The position numbers and the translations under genes are program-made. A stretch of DNA of 64,000 bases from the human T2T-CHM13v2.0 reference genome, Homo sapiens: the NCBI RefSeq assembly GCF_009914755.1, contig NC_060933.1. The stretch is one strand, 5' to 3'. The notes below the pieces were generated by a model. The model saw nothing but the letters and a program-made list of their open reading frames with translations. It was not told the origin of the DNA and searched no databases. How positions within the stretch are numbered: position 1 is the first letter of the stretch; each line of letters starts with the position of its first letter. Shown here one piece after another: positions 32,836 through 47,470 of the stretch.

Positions 32836-34118
32836 ATGGCTTCTGTGTTTTAAGTCACACTTAGAAAGGTTTTTCTCTTCCTGAAGTTATAAAAAAGTTC
32901 CAATTCTTCAGGTACTCATGGTTTCATTATTTTTGATAAATGAATGAAGTTAGAACCTGTATTAGTTAAGAATTACACTGAGGTACATCTAACAGAGATT
33001 CAACTACAAAATAGGGTTTCTCGGGCTTCTGGATTCCTTAGAAAGGAAAGTTGGAAGTAGCATTACTTTCACTCTTACAACAAAAGAAATCACACATACA
33101 AGAAGAAAAGAAATCACAAGACACTGTAAATTCACAACTTTTCTTGAATTTGTCAGCAAGCTGAAGTTCTAGGTCAACTCAATTAACCTTAATCTAAGGA
33201 AAGACATCTTGAAGGAGATGTAGCACAGGAGCACTTGCTTATTTGGAGCCGACTCCCCCACTTCCCTCCCATCAAGCTTGTAAGAATCCAGATAAAAGTT
33301 TTAATGAATTGCTAAAGGCCAACTGTAGCCCAGCGTGAGAATACAGAAATGCTGGGACTTACAAGTACAGGGAGAATTCACACTCACTTGCAGGGTCCTT
33401 TCCACGAACCTTAGTGTGTATTCACAAGAAAGACTGGGGGTAGTGTGAGAGTCCTGAAAAAATATCACTCGTGGTACAGGCCTGGGGAAAAGCAAGAGCA
33501 GCTGCTGAGGGGAAAGGCACCAAGCCCTTCCCAGATTCTTCTCCCTTCTCTTCCCTATGGAAACAAAAGCCTTAAGTTGCTAGATGAAGAGCAGTAAGTC
33601 CTGTCGTGAGGCCATAAATCACGTATAGGTGAAGACCCATTGCAGCTGGAAAAAGGGAAAAGAAAAAAATCCTCTACCTTTGTAGGCCCCAGACCTCCTC
33701 TACCTTTGTAGGCCCCAGACCATCAGAAGTATTCCAGCTGGGGGTGGCATAGGATCAGGGAGAAGGCCCTGTCCTGAGATTCAGGGGCACAGCCCCTGTC
33801 TAAAACTGAAGCTGAATCAGAAAAACAGAATCTCCCCACCCTGACCAACCAGGCTAATAAGCATTAAGTAACAACTGCAGTCTACTGCTGAAATACCATC
33901 AAGAGCATGGAGGATGACATTGAGCAAACCTCTGGCAAACCAGCCTCAACCATAAACACAAAGTAATATTAGAGAAACCTGGAGCCTGTTATGCACTGAC
34001 AGTAACATAGCAAGAACAAAACCCAAACACAGCTCAGCTCCTGACTAGACTGAATCAATCTCCCATACTAAAGTCCTAGCAGAAGGAAAGGGGTGATCAT
34101 TTTCAGGTATAAAAATGA

Positions 34119-34466
<348 letters not shown>

Positions 34467-34548
34467 AGATATCCAGCTTTCAACAAAATATTATTACAAG
34501 GCATATGAAAAAGCAAGAGAAAATCACCGTACTATAAAGTGACAAAGC

Positions 34549-34856
<308 letters not shown>

Positions 34857-35348
34857 TTAACATAACCAGACTTAGATATATGATACATATATTGGAATTA
34901 TCAGAAAGAGAAACTTAAGGAACTATGTTTGATATGTTAAACGATCTAGTGGAAATGGTAGGCAGCCTTCCTGATCAGATGGGTAATTTCATCAGAGAGA
35001 TGGCAACTCTAAGAAATAATAAAATGGAAATTCTGGAAATAGTAAGTATAGTTACACAGATAAAGGTTGCTTTTGTCAGGCTCACCAGTAGTAGTTTTTT
35101 TCCTCCACAGTGGAGGAAAAAATAAGTGAACCTGAAGATAATTCCATAGAAATTATCCGACACGAAACAGAAAGAAAAAAGTGAAAAAAGCGAAACAATA
35201 CCAGAACAGAGCATCCAAGAGCTGTGGCACAATATTAAACAAACACACGTATATGCAACTGACATCCCAGGAGAAAAGAAAGATGATGGAACAGAAGAAA
35301 TATTTGAAGAAATAATGGCCAGGGGGTTTTCAAAAAAAAGAAAAACAA

Positions 35349-35637
35349 CTTTTTTTTTGAGACAGGGTCTCATTCTCACCCAGACTGGAGTGCAGTGGCA
35401 CAATGATGGCTCACTGTAGCCTCGACCTCTCAGCCTCAAGAGACCCTCCCATCTCAGCCTCCTGAGTAGCTGGGACTATAGGCATGCACCATCTCACCCA
35501 GTTAATTTTTTATTTTTTGTAGAGATAGGGGTCTCCCTATGTTGCCCAGGCTGGTCTTGAATTCCTGGGCTCAAGTCATCCTCCCACCTTGGCCTCCCAG
35601 AGTGTTAGGATTACAGGCATAAGCCAACATGCCTGGC
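35349..35637 (-). mobile_element. AluJ-type
   Basis: Reverse dimer. Confidence 0.85.
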
Positions 35638-36054
35638 TGAAATTTTCAAAACTAATGATAAATACCAAGCTAAAAATCCAAGAAGCTCAGAGAATACTAA
35701 CCAGGGTAAACATTTAAGAACAGACCTAGACATGTATTATTTGAACTGCTGACAAAGGAAGACAAAGATGCTAAAGGCAGCTTGAGAAAAAAGGAAACAT
35801 TATATAAAGACTAACAAAGATAAGAATTATAGTAGACTTCTGATCAAATCTATGTAAGCTAGAAGACAGTGGAGTGGCATCTTTAAAGCACTGGAAAAAA
35901 ATGTGTCAGCGTGGAATTCTATACCACGCAAATGATATATTTCAAAAATGAGAGAGAGATAAATATGTTTTTCAGGCCACTAGGGTTTCTCTTCTTCAAA
36001 AAGTGGGCTGCCAATCATTGATTCTCTCACTTCTTCCTAGCTAACTGAACCCGT

Positions 36055-36700
36055 ATTTTAAAAATTAAGGTAAAATTTACATGTCATAAATTCACCATTG
36101 AACTATTTTAAAGTGTGTAATTCAGTAGGTTTTAGTACATTCACAACATTGTGCAATCATCACCACTAATTCTAGAACATTTTCATCACTCTCAAAGAGA
36201 AACCCTGTATTTATTAGGCATTCACCTACTATTCTACCTTCCCCCTAGTCCCCAGCAACCATGAATCTGCTTTCTGTCTTTATGGAATTTCCTATTCTGA
36301 ACATTTCATATAAATGGAATCAGAATATGTGACCTTTTGCACCTGACTTCTTTCACTTAACACAATGTTTTTAAGGTTCACCCATGTTGTGGAACCTATT
36401 ACTACTTTATTTCTTTTTATGGCTGAAGAATAATCAATTACATGGACATACCACATTTTGCTTATCCATTCATCATTTGATTGACATTTGGATTATTTCC
36501 AGTTTTTGGCTACCATGAATAATGCTGCTATGCACATTTGTATACAAGGTTTTGTTCCCGTTTTCAGTTCTCTTGGGTATATACATAGGAGTAGAATTGC
36601 TGGGTCATGTGGTAATTCTATGTTTAACTTTTTGAGGACCTATCAAACTGTTTTCCATAGTAACTGCACCATTTTACATTTTCACCAACAATGTATGACG
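36055..36700 (-). mobile_element. L1MB-type 3' end
   Basis: ttaaagtgtgtaattcagtaggttttagtacattcaca...tctagaacattttcatcac pattern. Confidence 0.75.
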
Positions 36701-36794
36701 AACCCTAATTTTTAGTTAGAGCTGCAGAACCCTGAGAACACTGCGATTCCCAGTTCCCCAGGATGAATTGTGATTTCTAAAAGCCAACTGAGGC

Positions 36795-37330
36795 ATATTA
36801 TATTTTCCAAAAATTGACACGATATTTATAGTCCGACATGCTTTTACTGTAACTTGTCACTTTGTCATCATGAGATGGTGTCTGTTTCCTCTCCTCTTGA
36901 CACTGAACAGATCTTTGTGACTGATTTAACAAATAGAAGATAGTGTAAGCATTGTTGTGTCATAAAAGGCAATATGGCTTTTGTCTAGCTTTTTTTTTTT
37001 TTCCTCAGGATACGTGCCCTTGAATCCCTGAGTAGCCATACAGAAAGTCCAGAAGATTATGCAGAGACTACATAGAAATAGAGTGAGATGTTCAAGGACC
37101 CCCAGTTGTTACAGCCTCAGCTATTTATCTTCTCAACCCAGGCATCAGATATGTGAATAAGTGAGTCTTTAGATGATCCAGCACCAGCATTATCTGACCG
37201 CCACTGTGGCCAGATCCCAAACAAGACTGCCTAGCTGATCCCAGTCAGTCCCACAAACAGAGATAATAATATTGTAATTGTTTTTTAAGCCACTCACTTG
37301 GGGGTGATTTATTAATCAACAATAGATATC
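36795..37330. mobile_element. MLT1 (MaLR) LTR relic
   Basis: ttttaagccactcacttgggg...agcaatagata-like MLT1 terminus. Confidence 0.55.
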
Positions 37331-37372
37331 AAAGCAATTGGTCCCCTTTGTCAGAGTCCCAATTTTTAGACT

Positions 37373-37676
<304 letters not shown>

Positions 37677-38502
37677 AGACTTCTTTACATCTAAGGATGG
37701 ACATGGGACCCAGTTCTGACTAAGAACATACGGGGAAATTTTCTGGGAGGACTTCTGGGAAGGAGTTTCTTTCTGATATAAGAGACGGGATATAGGAGGA
37801 CTTGCTTACAGCTCCCCAGCTTATGCTCCCTTGCTTCCTGCCCTTCGGTAAGAAGTATGGACATCATGCTTATACCTAGAGCAGCCATTTGTGGTCCTGA
37901 GGTGATGGGCCAGAGGTTAAAACATCAGTATCTGAGGATGATGGAGAAGAACAGACAGTGTTAGGATGTCCAATGACATTAATCTCTAAAGGAACCCTGG
38001 AACCTCCTGAGTTTGAGTACTGTTTCCGAGCCAGAACACTTCTATTTCCTCTACCTACTTTTCATTTTCATGTACCATGATTCTGGGTTTTAGCTGTTTC
38101 CTAGTTTCATTCAAGTTGCAGTTTTCTATTTTTCTTGTTGTTTTGAGGTGATTTTCTAGAGAAGGAGTAAGAAACCTATTTATTCATTATCTTGAAACTG
38201 ATCAACTTTATTCATAGTAAGAAAGTTCAAGTTAAAACAAGATCTCATTTTCATTTCACGTTGACAAAAATAATATTTGATTATACAATATGTTAGGAGA
38301 GGTATGGGAAAGAGACACTCCTATATAATGATGGTTGGAACATAAATTGGAACAAACGTTTGGAGTGCCATTTAGGGGTACTTATAGAAATGTGAAATGC
38401 ACATAGCCTTTGATCCAGCAGTTCCCCTTCTGGGAATTTACCTAATAGATAAACTCATATATTTCCACAAAGACATATGAAAGGATAGTCACTGCATCAT
38501 TA

Positions 38503-39744
38503 TGTGTCCGGAATTGGTGGGTTCTTGGTCTCACTGACTTCAAGAATGAAGCCGTGGAGGCTCACGGTGAGTGTTACAGCTCTTAAGGTGGCGCGTCTGG
38601 AGTTTGTTCCTTCTGATGTTCGGATGTGTTCGGAGTTTCTTCCTTCCAGTGGGTTCGTGGTCTCGCTGGCTCAGGAGTGAAGCTGCAGACCTTCGCGGTG
38701 AGTGTTACAGCTCATAAAGGCAGTGTGCACCCAAAGAGTGAGCACCAGCAAGAGTTATTGCAAAGAGCGAAAGAATAAAGCTTCCACACTGTGGAAGGAT
38801 ACCCCAGCGTGTTGCCGCTGCTGGCTGGGGCAGCCTGCTTTTATTCTCTTATCTGGCCCCACCCACATCCTGCTGATTGGTAGAGCCAAGTGGTCTGTTT
38901 TGACAGGGCGCTGATTGGTGCGTTTACAATCCCTGAGCTAGACACAAAGGTTCTCCACCTCCCCACCAGAGTAGCTAGATATAGAGTGTCCACACAAAGG
39001 TTCTCCAAGTCCCCACCAGAGTAGCTAGATACAGAGTGTCGATTGGTGCATTCACAAACCCTGAGCTAGACACAGGGTGCTGATTGGTGTGTTTACAAAC
39101 CTTGAACTAGATACGGAGTGCCGATTGGTGTATTAACAATCCCTGAGCTAGACATAAAGGTTCTCCATGTCCCCACCAGACTCAGGAGCCCGGCTGTCTT
39201 CACCCAGTGGATTCCGCACCGGGGCTGCGGGTGGAGCTGTCTGCCAGTCCCCGGCCGTGCGCCCGCACTCCTCAGCCCTTGGGTGGTCGATGGGACTGGG
39301 CGCCATGGAGCAGGGGGCGGCGCTAGTCAGGGAGGCTTGGGCCGCCCATGAGCCCACGGAGTGGGTGGGAGGCTCAGGCATGGCGGGTTGCAGGTCCTGA
39401 GCCCTGCCCTGCGGGAAGGCAGCTAAGGCCCGGCAAGAAATCGAGCGCAGCGCCGGTGGGCGGGCACTGCTGGGGGACCCAGTACACCCTCCACAGCCGC
39501 TGGCCTGGGTGCTAAGCCCCTCATTGCCCGGGGCCGGCAGGGCCAGCCGGCTGCTCCGAGTGCAGGGCCCGCCAAGCCCACGCCCACCTGGAACTCCAGC
39601 TGGCCCGCAAGCGCCTCGCGCAGCCCCGGTTCCCGCTGGCGCCTCTCCCTCCACACCTCCCTGCAAGCTGAGGGAGCTGTCTCCAGCCTTGGTCAGCCCA
39701 GAAAGGGGTTCCCACAGTGCAGTGGTGGGCTGAAGGGCTCCTCA
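38503..39744 (-). mobile_element. Solo LTR12C (ERV9) LTR
   Basis: Reverse of ...CCAATTCCGGACACA. Tandem U3 repeats with 5 CCAAT boxes, AATAAAA TATA at 38839-38845, CpG-rich U3, 4-bp TSD ATTA at 38499-38502 and 39745-39748. Confidence 0.93.
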
Positions 39745-39856
39745 ATTATTTAGAATAGTGAAGCAGTGGAAACAACCTAAGCATGAGGCTCATTAAATAA
39801 ATTATTATATATCCTTACAATGGAATATTATGCTACCATTAAAAAGGATGAGGTAG

Positions 39857-40276
<420 letters not shown>

Positions 40277-40367
40277 TAGATCATTAAGGGCTATCTTAAA
40301 GGCTGGCTACTAGACAGGTAGATGAGTTTTCTATTTTCCACTTCTAACAGATTGTTACAAGGCAGTA

Positions 40368-40691
<324 letters not shown>

Positions 40692-41605
40692 TGGTAGTAT
40701 TTCTCTATCGCCTGTCCAGCGATGTTCTGCATGGCCAAGTGACGGCTGGGCTGGCTGTGTAATGTACTACCTTCTATTTGCTTTCCATCCTTTCCTGTCT
40801 CATGTCCCTTTTCGTTGACTGTCCTTGTGAAGAATTAGTACTTAAGCTTTGCCTAGCCTCTGTTTTCTAAGCAGATGGAACTAAGACAAACAGTGCAGCT
40901 TAAGTATTTCATCATACTAGTTTTAAATGGGGGGGTGGGGAGAGAACAGGAAGTGCTCTCAGGATATGTGATTCTCAGTGTGTTCCATATCAATGTACTT
41001 GTCGAGAAAACTCTTGAAAGTACAGAGAGAATAGAAGTCATGGTATAAAAGATCTGCCAGTGAGTACTGAACCTTTGGAGATTCCTTTTCCATTTAATTT
41101 GTTTCTCTTCAAAATCACAATTGAAATGCCCAAGAGAATATAAAAATAGAACATCTGTATCTGTATTAGAAGGACATTTATATTTTGTGAAATATCAGCA
41201 AGATACAGCGCAAATATGCCCAGATTGAAGGGAATATTAATCAGCTTTTAATTTCAGGAATGTAGAAGAAAAACTCACTTGGAAAATAAGTAGATTAAAG
41301 TCTCCCAAAGAGGTCCCCTCACAAACTCAAGTTCAGAGGAGCAGAGCTGGGAGTGAGAGTGGGCTGTGGGATAGCATGGGGAGGGGACCAATGACCTTGG
41401 ACTCTGACCGTGGCCCAGTCTTGGAGCAGCTCTCTCCTTGCTCACTCTCAGCATTTCCTCAGAGTAGATACCTCTGGGCACTACTACAGTACCATCGCTG
41501 CAGGCCCCCCAACAAAGAACTGTGCCTCAACTAACTTACGGTTGTCACACCATCACAGAAAAAAAGCAACTGCCAGCTACGTCACCAAATGTGGTGTACC
41601 TACTC

Positions 41606-41758
41606 TTTTTTAAAATTTATTTTTATTTTGTATTTTTTTTATAGAGACAGGGTCTCTCTATGTTGCCCAGGCTGGTCTCAAGCTCCCTGACTCAAGAGAT
41701 CCTCCTGCCTCGGCCTCCCAAAATGCTGGGACTACAGGTGTGAGCCACAATGCCCGGC
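41606..41758 (-). mobile_element. FLAM / Alu left monomer
   Basis: Reverse left arm. Confidence 0.8.
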
Positions 41759-41904
41759 TTCTTTTTTTCTTTTTTTAAACAGGGTGAAAAATTATGCACT
41801 TTATTTATACAACTTTGCATTAAACACTTGCATTTTAAAATAGTCACACTTTAACAAGACAATTACCTATAATAAAGTCATGCTTCATGAACATGTAGTA
41901 TAGT

Positions 41905-42055
41905 TCAGGTATTGAACTGCTTGTTTTTGTAAATAAAGTTTTATTGGAACACAGTCATGCCCATTTGTTGATGTCTGTGGCTGCTTTCTCACTGCAATGG
42001 CAGAGTTGGGTATTTGGAACAGATGCCTGCCAGTCTAAAATATTTAGTATTTCAC
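41905..42055. mobile_element. MER58-like hAT-Charlie relic
   Basis: tgtttttgtaaataaagttttattggaacacagtcatgccc...ggctgcttt...ggcagagttg. Confidence 0.75.
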
Positions 42056-42789
42056 AATGTGGCTTGCAACAACACTGTAGTTAAAAGCAGCCCGTGATAA
42101 ATAGTTTCAGTAACAGTATATTCTCTCACTTGAACATTTTCCCCAAGCCCTAGTACAAGCATGTCCTATAGGCTCAAAGACCTTTTATCTCTAGATATAA
42201 ATGCTGTATAAAGGCTTTTCCTTTATAAAAAATCATGTCTTTTAGAAACATTTTAATCCTAACCTACCTGATATGTGGTGTTACAATTTGACAAAGTAGT
42301 AAACTCTATAAAGCACCTTTAGGTGAGGACCAGTTTTCTACTGAAAGGGGACACAATTTAATACAGAATGAGAAAATTTGGACTTGAAGCACAGAAAGGG
42401 TTAACCCCTCTAGAGCGTCTTCTTCCATTTCAGAGGATTATTTACAAACATAGTAAACCCTAAAGTTCATATTCACTTCTCCAGATAACTGCAGAAAGGA
42501 CTATTTTAGGCTATTTATTTCTAATTCACCTACATCTATCTCTTGGAAATATGAGGACCAATAATTGTTTTAACTACATGGGATTTTGGGAAGAACTCAC
42601 GATATTAGCCACCATTATAATTTCAGGGAGCATGCCTCCAATATCCTAGGAGTGTCACTTTTATATTTACAGCTCTTCTTGAGTTTGTGCGAAAAATTTA
42701 CATTCCCATGTGGGTCCTATATAGGTGTCTAATAACCATACCATTTTCTCCTTTTGGAGATGGTTGGTCCCTTTCCCACCCTTTCCCTA

Positions 42790-43172
42790 TGTCTTAGTCT
42801 GTTTTTGCTGCTGTAACAGAATACTTGAGACTGGATAATTTATCATGAACAGAGATTTATTCAGTTCTCAGTTCTAGAGGCTGGGAAGCCCAAGCACATG
42901 ACGCTGGGATCTGGTGAGTCGTCCCGTGGTGGAAGGCAGAAGGCAGAAGTGAGTGCATGAGACAAAGGGAGGCACTAGGGGCTGAAATCACTTTATAACA
43001 ACTTACTCTCATGGTAACTAACCTGCTCCTGTGATAACGGCATTAATCCTTTCATGAGGGCTCTGCTCTTGTGACCTAATTACCTTTTATTAGGCCTCAT
43101 CTCTTAATACCTTTGCACTGGAGATCAGGTTTCCAACACATGAACTTTGGGAGGCACATTCAAACCATAGCA
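42790..43172 (-). mobile_element. MST/MLT1A-type MaLR LTR
   Basis: tgtcttagtctgttt...cattcaaaccatagca, TG..CA ends. Confidence 0.8.
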
Positions 43173-43539
43173 CCCTGTTTCTCCTGAGCAATTGTAATTC
43201 CAAGCTGGCAAAAGTACTCAAGATTAGGGGCTGAAGATAACGATGGACCATGGGTGGTGGTCAGTGGGGAACAAAGCTCAATTGGATATCATCAGTGGCT
43301 TCACTGGAGAATAAATAGGCTTGGAATTTTGAAGAACCAATAAACTGCTTATATGTAAGAGTGAGAAAGATGTAATGCACAAAAATCATAGAGCTGTAAG
43401 TTCAAATTTGGGGTAAAAACTATAACAAAATTGGCTTGCTTATGGCCAACTACAAAGTAGGTTGCAACCTGGCTCAGTGCTGCATACTCAGAAGGTTCCT
43501 AGTAATTGCTTTCTGATGAGGAGGTGAATCACCACAGAA

Positions 43540-43800
43540 CAGTGGTTTTCAACCTTGTTCATTTGTCACTAAATATTGTGCCAAAATATTTTAATGTTTT
43601 ACATGATGAAAGAATAAAGGCAACTTAAATTTATCTCTATAATATGCTACTTTTACTTTCATTCTGCAATGCTTTGCTGAGGGAGAGAAAGGGGTAGAGT
43701 TACAGCACATATGCTGGAAATTGTGCACTGGGTAACACTGGGCACTTGAATATCATTTCCCAAATGTGTCAGGGTGTAAAAAAGGTTGGGAGCTGCTGCT
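43540..43800. mobile_element. hAT-Charlie MER relic
   Basis: Terminal inverted repeats cagtggttttcaacc / ggttgggagctgctg. Confidence 0.6.
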
Positions 43801-44799
43801 CTAAAGAATAGGTCTTGCCAAAATCAGGTAATCTTTAATACGGAAACATTCCAAGTGGATGGAGGTGGAGATATCACCTGTCATGACTTGGCAAGATTAA
43901 AAAAAAAAATCCAGGTCCATGACATACTCATTAATCATCTGCTCCACCAGCCAGACAGGTGTTGAACAGGAAGCCAGGGGTTAGTTACAGCTTGACAGGA
44001 ATATTTTAGCACAGAATCAGAAGAGACAATATCATTTCCTAACTAGAAGGCTTGGGCGGAAGCTGCTATCCTTGCTGGGATGGATGCTAAAGGAGCGCAG
44101 GGGTGTACTGAGTACACAGGAGCAGAGGAGGGATTAGAGCAAGGAGCAGCCAGCTGGCAGACTATCCTCCATGACTCAGAGCAGAGAGGTCAGGAAGGAG
44201 CTGAAGTAGGCTGACTACTAAGTCCCCACAGCTGGAGTGTTGTTAATTCTGATCAGCCTCCTGATTCTTGCTGCTCCATACTGGCTTCTTGGATCCACAG
44301 CTATACTGGCCAAGCTTGGTGAGCCATGGTCAAGAGGACCAACAGAGTGGGCTACTCAATTTTCCATCCATCAATCAGCTTCATTTTATAGGCTAGCTGC
44401 TTCACTGGAGTGTGAGAAGTAGCTGTAGGTACTCTCGTAGGAGAATGAAAAAAGCGGTGGGGAAAGAATTTACTAGCTTTTCAAGAAGAAATGATATTTA
44501 CAATAAGAGGTAGGTAGGTAAAATACTGACGGGAATGATGTTAAAGGAAAAAAACCAGCATGTGAAATTATTTGAGCACTAAGAGTATATAACCATGGAA
44601 AAATGTGTCCATGAGAAAAAAGACCAGAAATACCCCATACTGATAGCATTATTTATTATGGGGGGTAAAGTTGTGGGTATATTTTTCCATTTCCCATTCA
44701 GAATTCTGAAAATGGAAAAATATACCCACAACTTTACCCCCCTAACAAATAATGAAGATGCATTGTACTTCTATAGTTTAAAAAAACATTTCAAAAGTA

Positions 44800-47290
44800 A
44801 ACAATTAGGGCACTTTCAATCCAATGATAGATTAAGTTGATTCAGACCATTTCTCCTGCCAAGAACAACTAGAAAATAGTGACAAAATATTTTTAAATAA
44901 TGTTGAAAGGCATTGTAAAACCTCAACAAAAGTTTGATAAAACTATCAAAAATTACTTTAAAAACTTTGGTAAAACTACCAAAGCACTGAGGAATTATGG
45001 GGTCAAGATTCAAGTGAGAGGGAAAGCTTACTGAAGTGAGCCTGACATTTGGGGCTGTTCTTCCTCTTAAGGTCAATGACAAGGGCTAACAGGCCGAAAA
45101 ACTGAGCAGAAAATTTGAAAGATTTATAGGTTAAAGGGAACAAAACTTGGAATTTGCTTGATAAGAAGGAGGGGTTCTGGTAAAAACCACAGGCTTTTGG
45201 TCAATCCTGAAGAGCTGTACCATAGCAGTAAGTATGAACTGGAAATAGATAAGCTGTCACAGGAATTGAATCTACTTTGAATCCTCTCAGTCTCTGATTG
45301 AACTATGGTGATCTGGAATTGCCAGTGCCTCTAGCTTAGCTACCAGCCATGAGATACCAAAGCCTGACAACTATAGTAAGAGAAAAGAAAAGTACAAGCT
45401 AGTTTCATTTATGAACATAGATATTAGCAACCTAAACAAAAGATTACCAAACTAAATCCACATATAAAATCAGCAATACACTATGAGTGAATTGGGTTTA
45501 TTTCAGGAGTACAAAGCAAGTGCAAGATTGAAAGAGCAATCACTGCAATTCACATTAAGAGAATTAGGAATAAAAATTGTATGATAATATTGATGTAGAA
45601 AAATATTTTGATAATATTAAACATTCATTCATTAGGAAAACTTTTCTCAAACAAGGAATGGATGAAATCTGATAAAGAATACTAAGCAAACATTAAAAAC
45701 TGTGAGTCAGTCTCCTTTCCTTGCTCAATAAAGCCAAAATTTTGGCAGCTTGGGAGGCATGCCCTGCTCCCAGAGACCTCAATTATGTAAATAATAAACC
45801 TTTTTATACCCTCTTATTGTGTGTGGCATCATCAGTCTTGATATTCAAATCAGATTTTGGGTGTGGGCCCATCCTGTTGCTTTAGGGTGGTCAAACAAAT
45901 CATAAAGCTTCTAGAATATAACATAGAAGACTATCTTCATTACCTTGAGGTTAGGAAAAATTTCTTAAAAAGGACACAAAAAGCACTAATCATAAAGAAA
46001 GATTGACACATTGGACTACATTAAAATCAAGATCTTTTATTTATCAAAAGATGCCTTTAAGAGAGTATAAAGGTAAGTACAGAAGGGGAAAAATATATAT
46101 ACAAAATGTTTAGCCAACAAGGCGGTTGTATTCAGAATATATAAAGTTCTGCAGGACATAGTGGCACACACCTACAATCCCAGTGCTTTGGGAGACTGTG
46201 GGTTGGGGGGTGGGGGTTGTTTGAGGCCAGGAGTTCAAGACCAGCCTGGGCAACACAGCAAGACCCTGTCTCTACAAAAAAATTAAAAAGTTAGCAGGGC
46301 AGAGTGGCCTGTGCCTATAGTTTTAACCACTTGGGAGGCTGAAGTGCACGGATCGCTTGAGCCCAGGAGCTCAAGGCTGCATTGAACTATGATTACACCA
46401 CTGCACTCCAGCCTGGGTGATAGAGCAAGACCTTGTCTCTTAAAAAGAAAAAAAAGTTATACAAATCAACAAGAAACAGACAGACAACCCAACAGACAAA
46501 TGAGCAAGGGACCAGAACAAGCATTTTACAGGAAAAGATAACTATTAATAAATTGCTAACAAATGAAAAGGTTTGCAAACTCACTTGAAATCTCAGAAAT
46601 ATAAATAAAGCCACAATGAGTTACTAATATAGGCCTACCAGAGAATATGAAATTTAAAAAATTGACAATGCCAAGAGATGATGAGGATCTGGAGCAACTG
46701 AAACTCCCAAACACAGCTGGTGGCAGTGTAAATTGGTACAACCACTATAGAAAACTGTTTGGCAGGATCTGGTAAAGCTGAATATGTGCATTTCCTGATG
46801 ACCCGGAAATTCCACTGCTAGATTTATACTCAAGAGAAACACACACGTGTTCACCAAAAGACATATATTTGAAAGTTCAAGGTGGCATCATTTATAATAA
46901 TCTCAAACCAGAAGCAAAAAAAAATATTGTACATCAGCAGTAGAATGGATAAGTAGATTGTGACATATTCATATAATGAAATGCTAAACAACAATGAAAA
47001 TGAATGAATTACTCCTATACGTAACTGCACAAACATAATGTTGAATAAAATAGTATATACTATATAATTTCATTTACAGTTCAAAAATAAGGATGTTAAA
47101 AGGATAGAAATTACCTTTGGGGAGAAGGGAGGGTAGGAGGTGATTAGGAGGGGATACAATAGAGTTTTGAGGTGCTAGTAACATTATATTTCTCAAATAT
47201 CATAGAAGTGGATAATTTGGTGTGGTCCCTTTGTGCTAATTCATCAAGATGTACACTTGAGATTTGTATATTTTTCTGTATGTATGTTAT
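44800..47290 (+). mobile_element. Fragmented L1M relics with an LTR fragment (~45700-45898) and AluJ (~46150-46455)
   Basis: Degenerate ORF2/3' motifs, e.g. gtgtaaattggtacaaccact and tccactgctagatttatactca. Confidence 0.65.
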
Positions 47291-47294
47291 ACTT

Positions 47295-47470
47295 GGATAT
47301 GGTTTGGATCTGTGTTCCCACCCAAATCTCATGTTCAATTATAGTCTCCAGTGTTAGAAGTGGGGCCTGGTGGGAGGTGATTGGATCATGGGGGCAGATT
47401 TCTCATGAATGGTTTAGTGTCATCCCCTTGGTACTGTCCTCACAATAGTGAGTGAGTTCTCGTGAGATCA
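47295..47470 (+). mobile_element. MSTA/B LTR, 5' half
   Basis: gatatggtttggatctgtgttcccacccaaatctcatg. Confidence 0.8.

Noticed and set aside
38900-39180. Regularly spaced ~41-bp repeats superficially like a CRISPR array
   Set aside because: Standard LTR12 U3 enhancer repeats (CCAAT-containing) with no unique spacers; eukaryotic DNA.
39118-39745. Several 74-172 aa ORFs
   Set aside because: GC-rich U3 of LTR12C, non-coding.
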